This document shows positions 46,662 to 56,427 of a stretch of 64,000 nt of DNA, in pieces. The translations under genes were made by a program, and so were the position numbers. Origin of the DNA: a virus; IMG/VR virus record IMGVR_UViG_3300028591_000144, one strand, 5' to 3'. The notes beneath the pieces were generated by a model. That model made no database searches. It had not been told where the DNA came from and worked only from the letters and a program-made list of their open reading frames with translations. Position 1 is the stretch's first letter. Each line of letters begins with the position of its first letter.

Positions 46662-46934
46662 ATGGAAAATACCTCAACAGCTGAATCTGTCTTTGATAGG
46701 CTTGTAAAGGTTCTTAATACGAATTGCGGTTATGTCGATGAAGAACCAGCAGAAAAGGTAGCAAGACGAATAATGAGAGCTGGACTTTTAAGAGAAGAAA
46801 AACCGCAAAAGTGGGAGTTTCTTTTCAATGCGCTTGATGGAACTCCACGTTACGGGTGTCCTGTTTGTAAGGAACTTGAATGGCGCAAAACAAACTTCTG
46901 CCCTAATTGTGGAGCAAGGATGGAGAAAAGCTGA
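46662..46934 (+). CDS. Zn-ribbon protein of the CPNCGA family (CPVCKELEWRKTNFCPNCGARMEKS)
   Basis: Family motif. Confidence 0.6.
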   Translation: MENTSTAESVFDRLVKVLNTNCGYVDEEPAEKVARRIMRAGLLREEKPQKWEFLFNALDGTPRYGCPVCKELEWRKTNFCPNCGARMEKS

Positions 46935-47004
46935 TGAGCATTTACATTAAAAACTATGAGCTTCTTAAAAAGCGGTAATCAAAACAAAGAAAGGAGGATA
47001 AATA

Positions 47005-47187
47005 ATGGCTCATTGGAAAAAGCATCCTGTGTATCATGGCGATGACACGAGTGGTTTTATTGATCCAAATTGGTGTTGCTCCAACTGCGGTGGACAAGCC
47101 CCGATAGACCCTTACTGGGGTATCTAGGATCTTGTTGATACTTGCCCACATTGCGGTGAAAAAATGAAATATGAGGAGGACGAATGA
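47005..47187 (+). CDS. Small Zn-ribbon protein, 60 aa, 1 in-frame TAG (CCSNCGG...CPHCGEKM)
   Basis: Perfect RBS AAGGAGG. Continuous only with TAG decoded. Confidence 0.4.
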
Positions 47188-47612
47188 TGACTAAGTACAT
47201 TGAATGCGAGAAAGTAATAGAAGCCTTTGACGACCCAACTGTAGAAAGACATTATGGTGATGTTTGCCCGGAGAGTGTTATTCGTGTCATCGAGCAAATC
47301 CCCGCAGCTGATGTACTACCTCGTGATGAAGCTATCAAAATGGGAGCTGAACTTGCTGCAATGCATGGTTCTGATGCCACTTCACAACAGCTTGAAGAAG
47401 CGTATCTCGAAGGCGTTGAGTACGGTATGACCCGGCGCGATGTACGACCTGTTGTGCAAGGGCGATGGGTTGAGTTTAAGGCAGACATGCCTCTCAGAAG
47501 AAATGAATGTTCGGAGTGTGGATACATTACAAATCCCTGGTTAGCTCATGTGTATAATTTCTGTCCTAACTGCGGCGCGGATATGCGAGAGTCATTGAAA
47601 GAGGAAAAATAA
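47187..47612 (+). CDS. Zn-ribbon protein of the CPNCGA family (CSECGY...FCPNCGADMRE), 141 aa
   Basis: Family motif. Confidence 0.6.
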   Translation: MTKYIECEKVIEAFDDPTVERHYGDVCPESVIRVIEQIPAADVLPRDEAIKMGAELAAMHGSDATSQQLEEAYLEGVEYGMTRRDVRPVVQGRWVEFKADMPLRRNECSECGYITNPWLAHVYNFCPNCGADMRESLKEEK

Positions 47613-47615
47613 AAT

Positions 47616-47960
47616 ATGATTTTTGAAAAAATATGTTTTTTCATTGTTATCCTTGCTATAGCTATAATTATTTATATAATTGGTTTTCTTACTGGAACTG
47701 CATATGAAGAAAATGAAATAAAAAAGAAAATAAATTCTGATGATTTTGTTATTCATCATATGCCAAAAACACCAGTTCAACTTTCTGCTTCTTTACATAT
47801 ACCAAATGGGGACGATATTTATGAAGATATAAATAAAAGTATTCTTATAGGAAAACTTGCTAAAGAGCTTCCACGCTTTTGGAGATTAGAAAAAGAATAT
47901 AGTGACCATTTACAATATACAGCTTACATAACAATAATTCCAGAAGATAAGGAGAATTAA
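47616..47960 (+). CDS. Membrane protein, 114 aa (N-terminal TM helix)
   Basis: ORF with the hydrophobic N-terminus IFEKICFFIVILAIAIIIYIIGF. Confidence 0.55.
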   Translation: MIFEKICFFIVILAIAIIIYIIGFLTGTAYEENEIKKKINSDDFVIHHMPKTPVQLSASLHIPNGDDIYEDINKSILIGKLAKELPRFWRLEKEYSDHLQYTAYITIIPEDKEN

Positions 47961-47965
47961 TAACT

Positions 47966-48319
47966 TTGAGAAATCGTGAAGAAAGACGTAAATATGAGCG
48001 TGCTATAAAGAAAGATAAACGTGCGTCTAAATGCCCGCTATGCGGTAGACCTGCCTTATTCTTTACTCAAGGTCGTATTAAACCAGGAGCAGAAGAAAAA
48101 GAAAAACTTGAAAAGGAAGATATTGATGTAGTTCTTGTTTGCGAGAACTGCGGCAAAGTTGTGTACGATGAACCTGAAATTGGCAAGCTTCTTCAACCTG
48201 GTGTGTATCTACCACTTAAACTAGATATTTTTGAATATGCTTTGCGGCATCCTGATGAAGTTGATAAGGCACTTGCTGAACCAGAAATTATTGATGCTGA
48301 TTTTACAGAAGTAGAATAA
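47966..48319 (+). CDS. Zn-ribbon protein (CPLCGRP...CENCGK). The start codon is uncertain (TTG).
   Basis: ORF from the track. RBS AAGGAGA 10 nt upstream of the TTG. Confidence 0.45.
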   Translation: MRNREERRKYERAIKKDKRASKCPLCGRPALFFTQGRIKPGAEEKEKLEKEDIDVVLVCENCGKVVYDEPEIGKLLQPGVYLPLKLDIFEYALRHPDEVDKALAEPEIIDADFTEVE

Positions 48320-48321
48320 TT

Positions 48322-48365
48322 AATAATCGACCGACGATCGATTGACGATTATCGGTTGATTTTTT
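48322..48365 (+). terminator. Hairpin terminator AATCGACCGACGATCGATTGACGATTATCGGTTGATT plus T-tract
   Basis: Read directly. Confidence 0.65.
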
Positions 48366-48424
48366 ATTTTTTTTATGTTATAATATATTTTGTAAAAAAT
48401 AAATAATGTTTTTAAGGAGATATT

Positions 48425-49630
48425 ATGAAGAAATTTATTTCTATTATCCTTGCGCTTATTATGGTCTTTGCGCTTTGCGCGTGTGGTGATACTGTTGCAC
48501 CAGCGCCTGTTCCCACTGAAGATGCTGGCGTGCATGGTATGAAAGTTGGTTTCATTTATCTGCACGACAATGCTAGCACATATGATAAGAATTTTCTAGA
48601 AGCTGCTGAGACCGCTTGCAACAATATGGGTGTAACTTGTATTAACAAGACAAATATCCCCGAAGGTGGCGAGTGCTATGACGCTGCTGCTGAATTGGTT
48701 GATATGGGTTGTAGTATTGTTTTTGCTGATAGTTTCGGGCACGAAAGTTATATGCTGCAGGCAGCTAAAGATTTTCCTGATGTTCAGTTTTGCCATGCTA
48801 CTGGTACTATGGCACATACTGAAAAACTTCCTAATTTCCATAATGCTTTCGCATCTATCTATGAAGGACGTTATCTTGCAGGCGTTGCAGCTGGTATGAA
48901 GCTTAATGAGATGCTTGATAATGGTACTATTCAGCCTGATGAAGTTGTTATTGGTTATATTGGAGCATATCCTTATGCTGAAGTTATTTCTGGTTATACT
49001 TCTTTTTTCCTTGGTGCGCGGTCCGTCTGCCCGTCCGCAACTATGAAAGTCCAGTATACAAACTCTTGGTATGATGAATCGCTTGAAAAAGAAGCTGCTA
49101 ATAATCTAATTGGGCAGGGCTGCGTTCTTATTTCACAGCACGCAGATTCTATGGGAGCACCTACGGCTTGTGAACTTGCTGGAGTTCCTAATGTTTCTTA
49201 TAATGGTAGCACTGTCGAAGCATGCCCAAACACATTTATCGTTTCTTCTAAGATTAACTGGGTGCCTTACTTTGAATATATAATTCAGTGTGTGGTTAAT
49301 GGTAATCCTATTGATACTGATTGGACGGGTACAATGGCAACTGGTTCTGTAATGCTTACTGATGTAAATACTAAGGTTGCGGCTGTTGGTACTGTTGAAA
49401 AGCTTGCTGAAGTTGCTGACCAGCTAATGCATGAAGAAATCCACGTATTTGATACTACTAAGTTTACTATTAATGGAGCGTTTCTTGATGAATATATGGC
49501 AGACGTAGATTCTGATACAGATTTTACACCTGATACTAATGTAATTAGTGATGGAGTATTCTGGGAAAGTTTTTATAGGTCTGCGCCTTATTTCGATATA
49601 ATTATTGATGGTATTACTGTCATTGGATAA
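48425..49630 (+). CDS. BMP-family (Med/TmpC/PnrA-like) nucleoside-binding lipoprotein, 401 aa
   Basis: Lipoprotein signal peptide with a lipobox (ALIMVFALCACG). Overall pattern of the BMP family of ABC-transporter substrate-binding proteins. The gene is GC-richer than its neighbours. Confidence 0.65.
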   Translation: MKKFISIILALIMVFALCACGDTVAPAPVPTEDAGVHGMKVGFIYLHDNASTYDKNFLEAAETACNNMGVTCINKTNIPEGGECYDAAAELVDMGCSIVFADSFGHESYMLQAAKDFPDVQFCHATGTMAHTEKLPNFHNAFASIYEGRYLAGVAAGMKLNEMLDNGTIQPDEVVIGYIGAYPYAEVISGYTSFFLGARSVCPSATMKVQYTNSWYDESLEKEAANNLIGQGCVLISQHADSMGAPTACELAGVPNVSYNGSTVEACPNTFIVSSKINWVPYFEYIIQCVVNGNPIDTDWTGTMATGSVMLTDVNTKVAAVGTVEKLAEVADQLMHEEIHVFDTTKFTINGAFLDEYMADVDSDTDFTPDTNVISDGVFWESFYRSAPYFDIIIDGITVIG

Positions 49631-49639
49631 AATTTAATA

Positions 49640-49690
49640 TACAACTGTTAATGAGGGAGGTATTTACTTCCCTCATTAATCTTTTTATTG
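49640..49690 (+). terminator. Hairpin terminator AATGAGGGAGGTATTTACTTCCCTCATT plus T-tract
   Basis: Read directly. Confidence 0.8.
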
Positions 49691-49752
49691 ATTTTATAAA
49701 AAAAATATGATATAATATTTATAGAAATTGAGAAATTGAGGTATTTTTTTAA

Positions 49753-51531
49753 ATGACTCCTTTTGAAAAGCTTTCTGAGAAAGATAAAGATTTAATTGAT
49801 GATTATATCACTGCATTTGCGTCAAAAGGCGATGATAGTATTATTCGTTATAATCGTTCAGACCTTAGTACTATTCTTAGCGAATGGAATACTGAAAAGC
49901 GGACTCTTTTTAAACTTCTTGGTGAAGAACTGATTCAGCGTCGTCTTTTCGTATATAAGCAGAATCCAGAAGGTTTGATTAAGAATTTTGAGTGTCACCA
50001 TGAAGATTCTCAGTATAAGAATTTTATCCAGTGGTGGTCTTGGCAAGTAAAGCATAAAGATAGTGCGAAATTTGAAATTGAGATGCCTGGGCGCACTCTT
50101 ACTTTTTCAAAATATTTTTATATTGAAGAAGCTTTTTCTGATAAATCTCTTGCAGAAAATTCGTATCCTGGTACAGATTATAAAGTAATATTTGATGACA
50201 AGTCTTCTTTCAAGGTTTCTTCTGGTATGAAGCCTATGAAAATTCTCCATAAGTTTATTGAAAAGTTTGGAACTCCAGAAGATGAAAAGATGTTTGAGGA
50301 GTTTCGCATTTGGCATTCTCAGCTTCTTAATCAAAAGACTGTTGATGGAGAATTGTGCCTTTCTATCCATCCGCTTGATTATATGACGATGAGTAGCAAT
50401 AATAATGGGTGGACTAGCTGTATGCGCTGGTCTGATAAATATGGCAATATTGAACATGGTGATTATTGCGCTGGTACTCTAGAGTGTATGAACTCACCTT
50501 ATATTGTTATTGCCTATCTACATAATCCTAAGCATACTTATAGTGTTAAAACTTATGGTAAGGTTGATAACTGGGAATGGAATAGTAAACAGTGGAGAGA
50601 ACTCTTTATTGTTAATGAAGGTGTAATCTCAGAGATAAAGGCTTATCCATATCAGGACGAGAATCTTACAAATGGCTGCATTACTTGGCTTAAGGAACTT
50701 TGCAATAAAAACCTTGACTGGAAATTTGAAGATGAAGAAATTGATGTTTCTAAGCCTATTGAAACAGCAGATAGTATTTATTATCTTGATTTCATTAAGC
50801 CTACTTATATGTATAAGGACATTGGCACCCTTAAAAAGCATGCCGGTCGTGTAAACTACGATGTTTTGCGTGATTCTAAAAAAATTATGCGTCATCAGTA
50901 TAATTTTAGTCGTAAAACTGAAGATAATAATAAAGAAGATTTCTTTCTCGATATTCCTTATGGTGGTATTGCTACTTGTATGTGGTGTGGTCATTATTTT
51001 GATGATGAAGGATATGATAATGCACTTTTGTGCCCCAATTGCGAATATGTAAAATGTTGTCCTATATGCGGAGAGCCAATTGATTCTGATAGCGTTTATA
51101 TTGAGGATGTTGAGGCTGAGATTTGTTATGATTGCTATGAAGATAAAACTTGTGTAGATTCTTTTAGTGGCGAATCTCATTTAATTGATAATATGGATAG
51201 TCTTTGTATTTTGCTGGGATATGACGAATATGAAAATCCGGTATATTATGATGAATGGGCTTATTGTTATTATCCAGAAAATAACTGGTCATATAAGGCT
51301 GTTATGACTAAGCTTCCTAAAGTAGAAAATTATCATAATTATGTTACTCTTGATATGATTCAGCCTGGTAAGACTGGAGATTTTGCTGATGCTTTTAATA
51401 TTTGGCTTGGTCGTGATAAGTCTGCAGACCTTATAAATTGGTATAGTAATTGTATTAATGAGTACAATTTGTACTATGATTGGAACAAGAATCCTCTGTT
51501 TGATGAAAATGACCAAATGATACTCTTTTAA
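49753..51531 (+). CDS. Large hypothetical protein, 592 aa, with a C-terminal Cys-cluster region (CMWCGHY...CPNCEYVKCCPICGE...CYDCYED)
   Basis: Long ORF. Class-2 promoter at 49688. Confidence 0.7.
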   Translation: MTPFEKLSEKDKDLIDDYITAFASKGDDSIIRYNRSDLSTILSEWNTEKRTLFKLLGEELIQRRLFVYKQNPEGLIKNFECHHEDSQYKNFIQWWSWQVKHKDSAKFEIEMPGRTLTFSKYFYIEEAFSDKSLAENSYPGTDYKVIFDDKSSFKVSSGMKPMKILHKFIEKFGTPEDEKMFEEFRIWHSQLLNQKTVDGELCLSIHPLDYMTMSSNNNGWTSCMRWSDKYGNIEHGDYCAGTLECMNSPYIVIAYLHNPKHTYSVKTYGKVDNWEWNSKQWRELFIVNEGVISEIKAYPYQDENLTNGCITWLKELCNKNLDWKFEDEEIDVSKPIETADSIYYLDFIKPTYMYKDIGTLKKHAGRVNYDVLRDSKKIMRHQYNFSRKTEDNNKEDFFLDIPYGGIATCMWCGHYFDDEGYDNALLCPNCEYVKCCPICGEPIDSDSVYIEDVEAEICYDCYEDKTCVDSFSGESHLIDNMDSLCILLGYDEYENPVYYDEWAYCYYPENNWSYKAVMTKLPKVENYHNYVTLDMIQPGKTGDFADAFNIWLGRDKSADLINWYSNCINEYNLYYDWNKNPLFDENDQMILF

Positions 51532-51710
51532 TTGATTTTTTAAAAAAAATATTATATAATATAATTGTAAATGAGAGAGAAATAAAAAACTCCACTCATT
51601 CATAAAAAAATAAAAAAAATATATTGAAAAGGAAATGTAAAAAAAATGTCTGAAGAACTTAAAATTACTGAACGTGAACTTTATACTCTATTATTGATGG
51701 GAACTTTGAT

Positions 51711-52043
51711 ATGAATGCACTGGTGGAGTTTGCTAATAAGAAACTCGCCCAGCTGGATAAGCGTAATGAGAGCGCTAAGAAACGTGCTGCTAAGAAACGT
51801 GCGGAGAATGATGAGCTTACTCAGGTCGTTCTTGGTGTCCTGACTAGTGAACCTCTGTCTCGTGGTGATGTCCTTGAGGCTGTACTTGCTACTGGTGAGT
51901 ATACTGAAGAGGCTATGACTCTTGGTCGTGTCGGTTATCAATTGAGTAAATTGGTTCGAGAAGGTTTCGCCGTCAAACAGGAGGCAGTTATTGAAGGAGA
52001 GGATGGCAAGAATAAGCATATTGCTGTTTATTCTCGCGCCTAA
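51711..52043 (+). CDS. Small basic protein, family A paralogue. A possible N-terminal extension starts at 51647 in another frame.
   Basis: KKLAQLDKRNESAKKRAAKKRAENDELT. The upstream 22-codon ORF (MSEELKITERELYTLLLMGTLI) matches the N-terminus of the 23213 paralogue but is in a different frame. Confidence 0.6.
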   Translation: MNALVEFANKKLAQLDKRNESAKKRAAKKRAENDELTQVVLGVLTSEPLSRGDVLEAVLATGEYTEEAMTLGRVGYQLSKLVREGFAVKQEAVIEGEDGKNKHIAVYSRA

Positions 52044-52055
52044 TATCTAATAAAA

Positions 52056-52092
52056 AAAATAAACCCCTCTAGTAAAATACTAGAGGGGTTTT
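52056..52092 (+). terminator. Hairpin terminator AAACCCCTCTAGTAAAATACTAGAGGGGTTT
   Basis: Read directly. Confidence 0.8.
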
Positions 52093-52233
52093 CTAGATTA
52101 AGGGTTGCTTGTGCGGTTCATGGCGGCAAGTACCGACAGGTGAAAAGAAAATGCCTTTTGAAATTTTTAATTGCATTTCTATAAATAATATGATAAAATA
52201 TTAATAGAATAAAAATATAAGGAGTGTTGACTT

Positions 52234-52536
52234 ATTGCTAGAGGAGCTGTAGCTAAAAGCGTAGTTGAGGATAAACTAAGAGAAGCTTTTGGCAAAGATT
52301 TTATTGGTGTTGATTTAAGTACGAAAAAAATTTATGTTTAGGCAATGGAAGATGGCGAGATGGTACAAGTTGCCGTAACATTAACTTGCCCCAAGATTCC
52401 ATTCAGTCCAGATGCGGTGCCCGGTGATGGCTTCCCTGCCGGGAATTTTGGTGAACCTACTCAATATAAACCTGCTGAAATGACAGAAAATGAAATAAAG
52501 AATGCTAGAAAACTAATTAAAGAATTAGGATTATAA
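52234..52536 (+). CDS. Hypothetical protein with 2 in-frame TAG codons. Start codon unclear: no in-frame ATG before 52345, possibly ATT at 52234.
   Basis: RBS AAGGAGTG at 52219-52226. The frame is open from 52231 to the TAA at 52534-52536 only if TAG is sense. Confidence 0.3.
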
Positions 52537-52537
52537 A

Positions 52538-52801
52538 ATGATTCATTTTATAGAGTATAAGCATGCTTATATTAATGAAGTATTAAATCTTAATCATCCA
52601 GATGAAATAGAACAAATAATTTGGAAAAATTTTTGTAATTTTTATAAGCCTACAACTTATAATTGTTCCATTCGTTTTTATGTTCCAAGAAATATAAAAG
52701 AACTTAAAGAATTAGATTATAAAGATTGGCAAATAGAAATTATAAATCGTCTTGAAAATGCTGGAGTCGCATTAGGTACTGTTATATATTTAGATATGTA
52801 A
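52538..52801 (+). CDS. Hypothetical protein, 87 aa
   Basis: Coupled ORF. Confidence 0.55.
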   Translation: MIHFIEYKHAYINEVLNLNHPDEIEQIIWKNFCNFYKPTTYNCSIRFYVPRNIKELKELDYKDWQIEIINRLENAGVALGTVIYLDM

Positions 52802-52804
52802 ACA

Positions 52805-52872
52805 AAAAAAATTGCGGTTTACCAAAAAACTAGAAATTAAATTCTAAAAAATTGGTAAACCGCAATTTTTTT
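52805..52872 (+). terminator. Long hairpin ATTGCGGTTTACCAA...TTGGTAAACCGCAAT plus T-tract
   Basis: Read directly. Confidence 0.75.
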
Positions 52873-52957
52873 GTTATTGTCCAAAAATCTTAACATTGAT
52901 TTTTTAATAAAAATATTATATAATATATATATAAAGAAAAAGAGAAGGTGTTATTTT

Positions 52958-53815
52958 ATGGCTATTCAATCCCTTAGTATTCTTGTCCCTTGTGGAGGAA
53001 AATGTTGGAATAATTGTCATTTTTGCGTTTCAATGCAGCATGATGAACATTATTCTAAAGATATTATTACTACTAATAATATTCCTCAGTCATATCTTGA
53101 CCGCATGCAGTGGACTAGAGACGCTGGATGTGATAGCCTTATTTTTACAGGAGTAACTGAACCTCAGCAAAATCTTCCATTTATTTATAAACTTTTGACT
53201 CTTAATCGCACTTTGCGTACTCCTTTTTATAATATTTCTATTCAGACAACTGGAACTGCACTAACTCCAGGAGAAATAGAAAGATTGGCGCAGGCAGGAA
53301 TTAATACTATTGCACTTTCTATTTCTTCTTTTAATGACCAAAGAAATTGGGATATTATTCGAGCTCCTGAAAAAGTACGCACTATGAGCATTGTAGATAT
53401 TATAAGCTGTGCTAAAGAAAATGGAATGAATGTGCGCGCCTGCTTAAATCTTACTAATGAATTTAATGTTTTTTTCCCTTGGAATTATTTTGATTGGGCA
53501 TGTGTATACAATGTTGACCAACTTACTTTTCGTAAAATTTATAGTAGTGGTGATAATGAACAGTCTACTTGGATAAAAGAACATGAATTTGATAGTAACA
53601 GATTTGAAAGCATTCGTCAATTTATTATTGAACGTGGGATGGTTGTCCGTCGGCTACCTTTTGGCGCTTTGCTATATGATGTCAATGGGGTAAGCACTGT
53701 AATTGATGAAGATTGTATGGCAGAACACAACATTGAAGAGATTCGTTATGCAGTTCTCCGTGCAAATAATCATCTTTATTCTAGTTGGAACAAAAAGGGT
53801 AGTTTAATTTTTTAA
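52958..53815 (+). CDS. Radical SAM domain protein (CWNNCHFC = CxxxCxxC), 285 aa. Possibly a QueE-like or activase-type enzyme.
   Basis: Canonical radical-SAM cysteine triad near the N-terminus. FTGVTEPQQN resembles the SAM-binding GGE-like segment. The subfamily was not resolved. Confidence 0.6.
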   Translation: MAIQSLSILVPCGGKCWNNCHFCVSMQHDEHYSKDIITTNNIPQSYLDRMQWTRDAGCDSLIFTGVTEPQQNLPFIYKLLTLNRTLRTPFYNISIQTTGTALTPGEIERLAQAGINTIALSISSFNDQRNWDIIRAPEKVRTMSIVDIISCAKENGMNVRACLNLTNEFNVFFPWNYFDWACVYNVDQLTFRKIYSSGDNEQSTWIKEHEFDSNRFESIRQFIIERGMVVRRLPFGALLYDVNGVSTVIDEDCMAEHNIEEIRYAVLRANNHLYSSWNKKGSLIF

Positions 53816-53833
53816 AATAAAGGGGAAAATAAA

Positions 53834-54016
53834 ATGGAAGAAATGTCTTGGCTTGAAAAGATTAAAGAAGGTATGGAATTGATTGCTTCTGGATGTGATG
53901 ATAATAAATCTTTTAATAATTGTGCTTTTTGCCCTATGGACAAATACTGTGATGCAATTCAAGTTGGTGCAGAAGCTGGTCTTGAAGTTGAGATTCCTGA
54001 GACTTGGTGGCATTAA
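53834..54016 (+). CDS. Cys-containing small protein, 60 aa
   Basis: RBS AAAGGGGAAAA. Confidence 0.45.
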   Translation: MEEMSWLEKIKEGMELIASGCDDNKSFNNCAFCPMDKYCDAIQVGAEAGLEVEIPETWWH

Positions 54017-54225
54017 TGGAAGATAAAGATATTAATAAAATAGAAAAAAAAGTAGCATATATTTCAGCTTTATTTTCTTTAATTTTATTTGCATTTAATA
54101 TCTTTATGTTCCGTTATACTGGGTCTTTTTTATGGATGTTATTTTCAGGTTTTTGGGCGCTAGAAGGTATTTTAGATTTAGCAAAAGATGGAACAGATGA
54201 CATTAATAATTTAATGAATAGATAA
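54004..54225 (+). CDS. Small membrane protein, 73 aa
   Basis: Two hydrophobic segments. Confidence 0.45.
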   Translation: MVALMEDKDINKIEKKVAYISALFSLILFAFNIFMFRYTGSFLWMLFSGFWALEGILDLAKDGTDDINNLMNR

Positions 54226-54236
54226 GGAGTTTAATT

Positions 54237-54428
54237 ATGAAAGAAACTTATAAAATGACTATTAAAATTGAAGATATGCAGGGAGCAACTATTTTTTCTA
54301 AAGAATTTGAAGGAGAGGCTCCTAATACTTATAATTTTGCAAATTTCTGTCATTCTGCAGGAATTGCCTATGGATTTGCTGAAAAATCAATGGATCGACT
54401 CATTGAGTATAATTGGGATTATAATTAA
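54237..54428 (+). CDS. Hypothetical protein, 63 aa
   Basis: RBS AAGGAG. Confidence 0.5.
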   Translation: MKETYKMTIKIEDMQGATIFSKEFEGEAPNTYNFANFCHSAGIAYGFAEKSMDRLIEYNWDYN

Positions 54429-54812
54429 TTAAAAAATCTTTAAATTGATTTTTTAAAAAAAATTTGGTATAATATATATGTAAGGTTGAGAGAGATAAAG
54501 AATTGATCATCTTTGCTACTTTCTTCCTTGACCAAGCAAGACTGGCTGAAAACTTGTAAAAATTTGATCAGTTGACTTTTGGTACGTCTGACATATTCCC
54601 CAGTGGTTTTAATAGGAAAACCAAAGGCAGTCATATGTCCCTTGCGTTTAAGGTAGGTTAGGTTGAGGAAGTAACAACTATTCAGCGGATAACCTCCAAG
54701 TTAGCTAACGGGTTTCGCTTGACCTCACTGTGGTGAAATAAGCAAGTTATAAAAACTGCTGCGGCTCAGTTTGAATAGGATGGGATTCCCTATGTTTATA
54801 ACCGCAAATAAA

Positions 54813-54987
54813 AACTGCGTGGCGGAATAGGTAGACGCAAATACAAATTCATGGGGATTCAACAGTTAACGGTTGGCTGTCATGCGAGAGTTGAGACTTC
54901 GTGCCGAAAAAGTGGAACTATCCGGGAGGATTATCTAAACCATGAAGAAAAAGACAGTATGCAAGGTGCAAATCCTTGCCACAGTTT
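54813..54987 (+). ncRNA. tRNA-Leu-like gene carrying a ~125-nt structured insertion in place of a normal anticodon/variable region (copy 1)
   Basis: Acceptor AACTGCG/CACAGTT (1 mismatch), a Leu-type D-arm TGGCGGAATAGGTAGACGC, T-arm GCAAGG-TGCAAAT-CCTTGC. The inserted domain is closed by TTCATGG...CCATGAA. Confidence 0.45.
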
Positions 54988-55263
54988 CAATTCAATAGAA
55001 TTTAGTTAAATGTAGCATCGCCTTGAAATAAGAATAGTTCCGAGAACACCTCTGATGCAAGCACACCATTTTCAGAGTTTTTAATGTAATAAACTGCAGC
55101 GGCTCAGTTCTGGACTGCCTGATTCATTAGACCGAAGTAGGTTTAATCAGTCGGGGGTCTTATAACCGCCAAGGTCATTGAAACTTAGTTATGCCGTAGA
55201 AGTTATAGGGAATCATAACCTGACCCATTATGATTTTTGAGTTACAAACGGTACGGGTCACGA

Positions 55264-55367
55264 AACTGTGTGGCGGAATAGGTAAACGCTTAAAACGTAA
55301 GGAAAGATACAAGCCGGATGTCGGAGAGAATACTTTTCATGCAAGGTGCAAATCTTTGCCGCAGTTT
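55264..55367 (+). ncRNA. tRNA-Leu-like gene, copy 2, with a shorter (~50-nt) non-canonical middle region
   Basis: Acceptor AACTGTG/CGCAGTT, D-arm TGGCGGAATAGGTAAACGC, T-arm GCAAGG-TGCAAAT-CTTTGC. Each copy is preceded by a related ~120-nt hairpin unit (CTGCGGCTCAGTT...ATAACCGC). Confidence 0.45.
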
Positions 55368-55783
55368 TAATGATGTAGGACATATGGGCCTATGGTCGGC
55401 TTGGCGACGATAAATACCAAGCGGATGGGTAATCAAGAATTAAAAGATACTAAGACAATAGGAGCGTAGGAAAGGAACACTTTGAGGACTAACTCAACAG
55501 AGGACTTCGTTGTGACTCAATTGACAAAGTTGTGAAATCCTGATACGCTGCGCGTGATTGCGGCAAATAGAGTGAAGATTTGACATTCCACTTGATGCTT
55601 ACTGCACGCCCCATCCATTGTACAGTATAAACAAGCGAATAGCGACTTAATAGAAGCAACAACACTCTATTAAGTGACCACGAAAGACGGGTGGTTGTTT
55701 TACCGTAGGGGAGTTGTCCCTGGCTGATCTCTAAAGAAGTTCTCACAGGTCCAAGTCGAAATGAGAAGTAGTGTTAAGTTTAT

Positions 55784-56125
55784 GGGGATGTTATGGTTTC
55801 GACATGGTTAGAAGGAAATAATAAGCGAGTAGAGTGTCTACTTTACAGACAAAATTTTTTTATAAATTAAATAACGATTACGAATATCTTTGCGCTGCTT
55901 GATTTATAAGCGGCTGTTCTACTGAGAAGACTACGCATCAGATAGAGCATCGACTAGTAGTAAATGTGAATACGTTATGTCTCGACCGTATCACACAAAA
56001 GAGACTATAGATTTAAGAGTTTGTTAATGGACTTTTAATTTCTAGAATAAAATCATTAACTACACTCGTAGAAAATTGTTTTTAACTAGTTATGGACACG
56101 AGTTCGATTCTCGTCATCTCCACCA
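55784..56125 (+). ncRNA. ssrA: tmRNA (ssrA), about 342 nt
   Basis: The 5' end GGGGATGTTATGGTTTCGACATGG matches the tmRNA 5' consensus GGGGnUGnnnUGGnUUCGACnnGG. The 3' end has T-arm ACGAG-TTCGATT-CTCGT, acceptor CATCTCC pairing with GGGGATG, then discriminator A and CCA. A candidate tag reading frame at about 55871-55903 gives ...NNDYEYLCAA-TGA. Confidence 0.65.
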
Positions 56126-56159
56126 TTTAAAACTAGAAAAATAGTAAGGAAAAACTAAA

Positions 56160-56417
56160 ATGAAAACAACATTAGAGAATTGGATAGATATTTATAAACC
56201 TGATAATATATTTGAATATGATATTAATAAATGTATATTTGTAAAAAATAATCATATACATTTTGTTATGTGGGAATTATCAGGGGTAGAAGCTATTCAT
56301 TTAATTGATGAAGAAATTAAAAAAGTTATTAATTTAGATTATGAAGTTCTTGAGCAAATGTTCAAAGAATATTTAAAAAAAGATTTAAAAGAGCATTATA
56401 ATTCTAATATTATTTAA
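56160..56417 (+). CDS. Hypothetical protein, 85 aa
   Basis: RBS AAGGAAAAA. Located between the tmRNA and a tRNA. Confidence 0.55.
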   Translation: MKTTLENWIDIYKPDNIFEYDINKCIFVKNNHIHFVMWELSGVEAIHLIDEEIKKVINLDYEVLEQMFKEYLKKDLKEHYNSNII

Positions 56418-56427
56418 AGTTAATTTT

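Noticed and set aside
50107-51603. Minus-strand ORFs (116, 183 and 104 aa) inside the 592-aa gene
   Set aside because: Same antisense artefact pattern. No signals.
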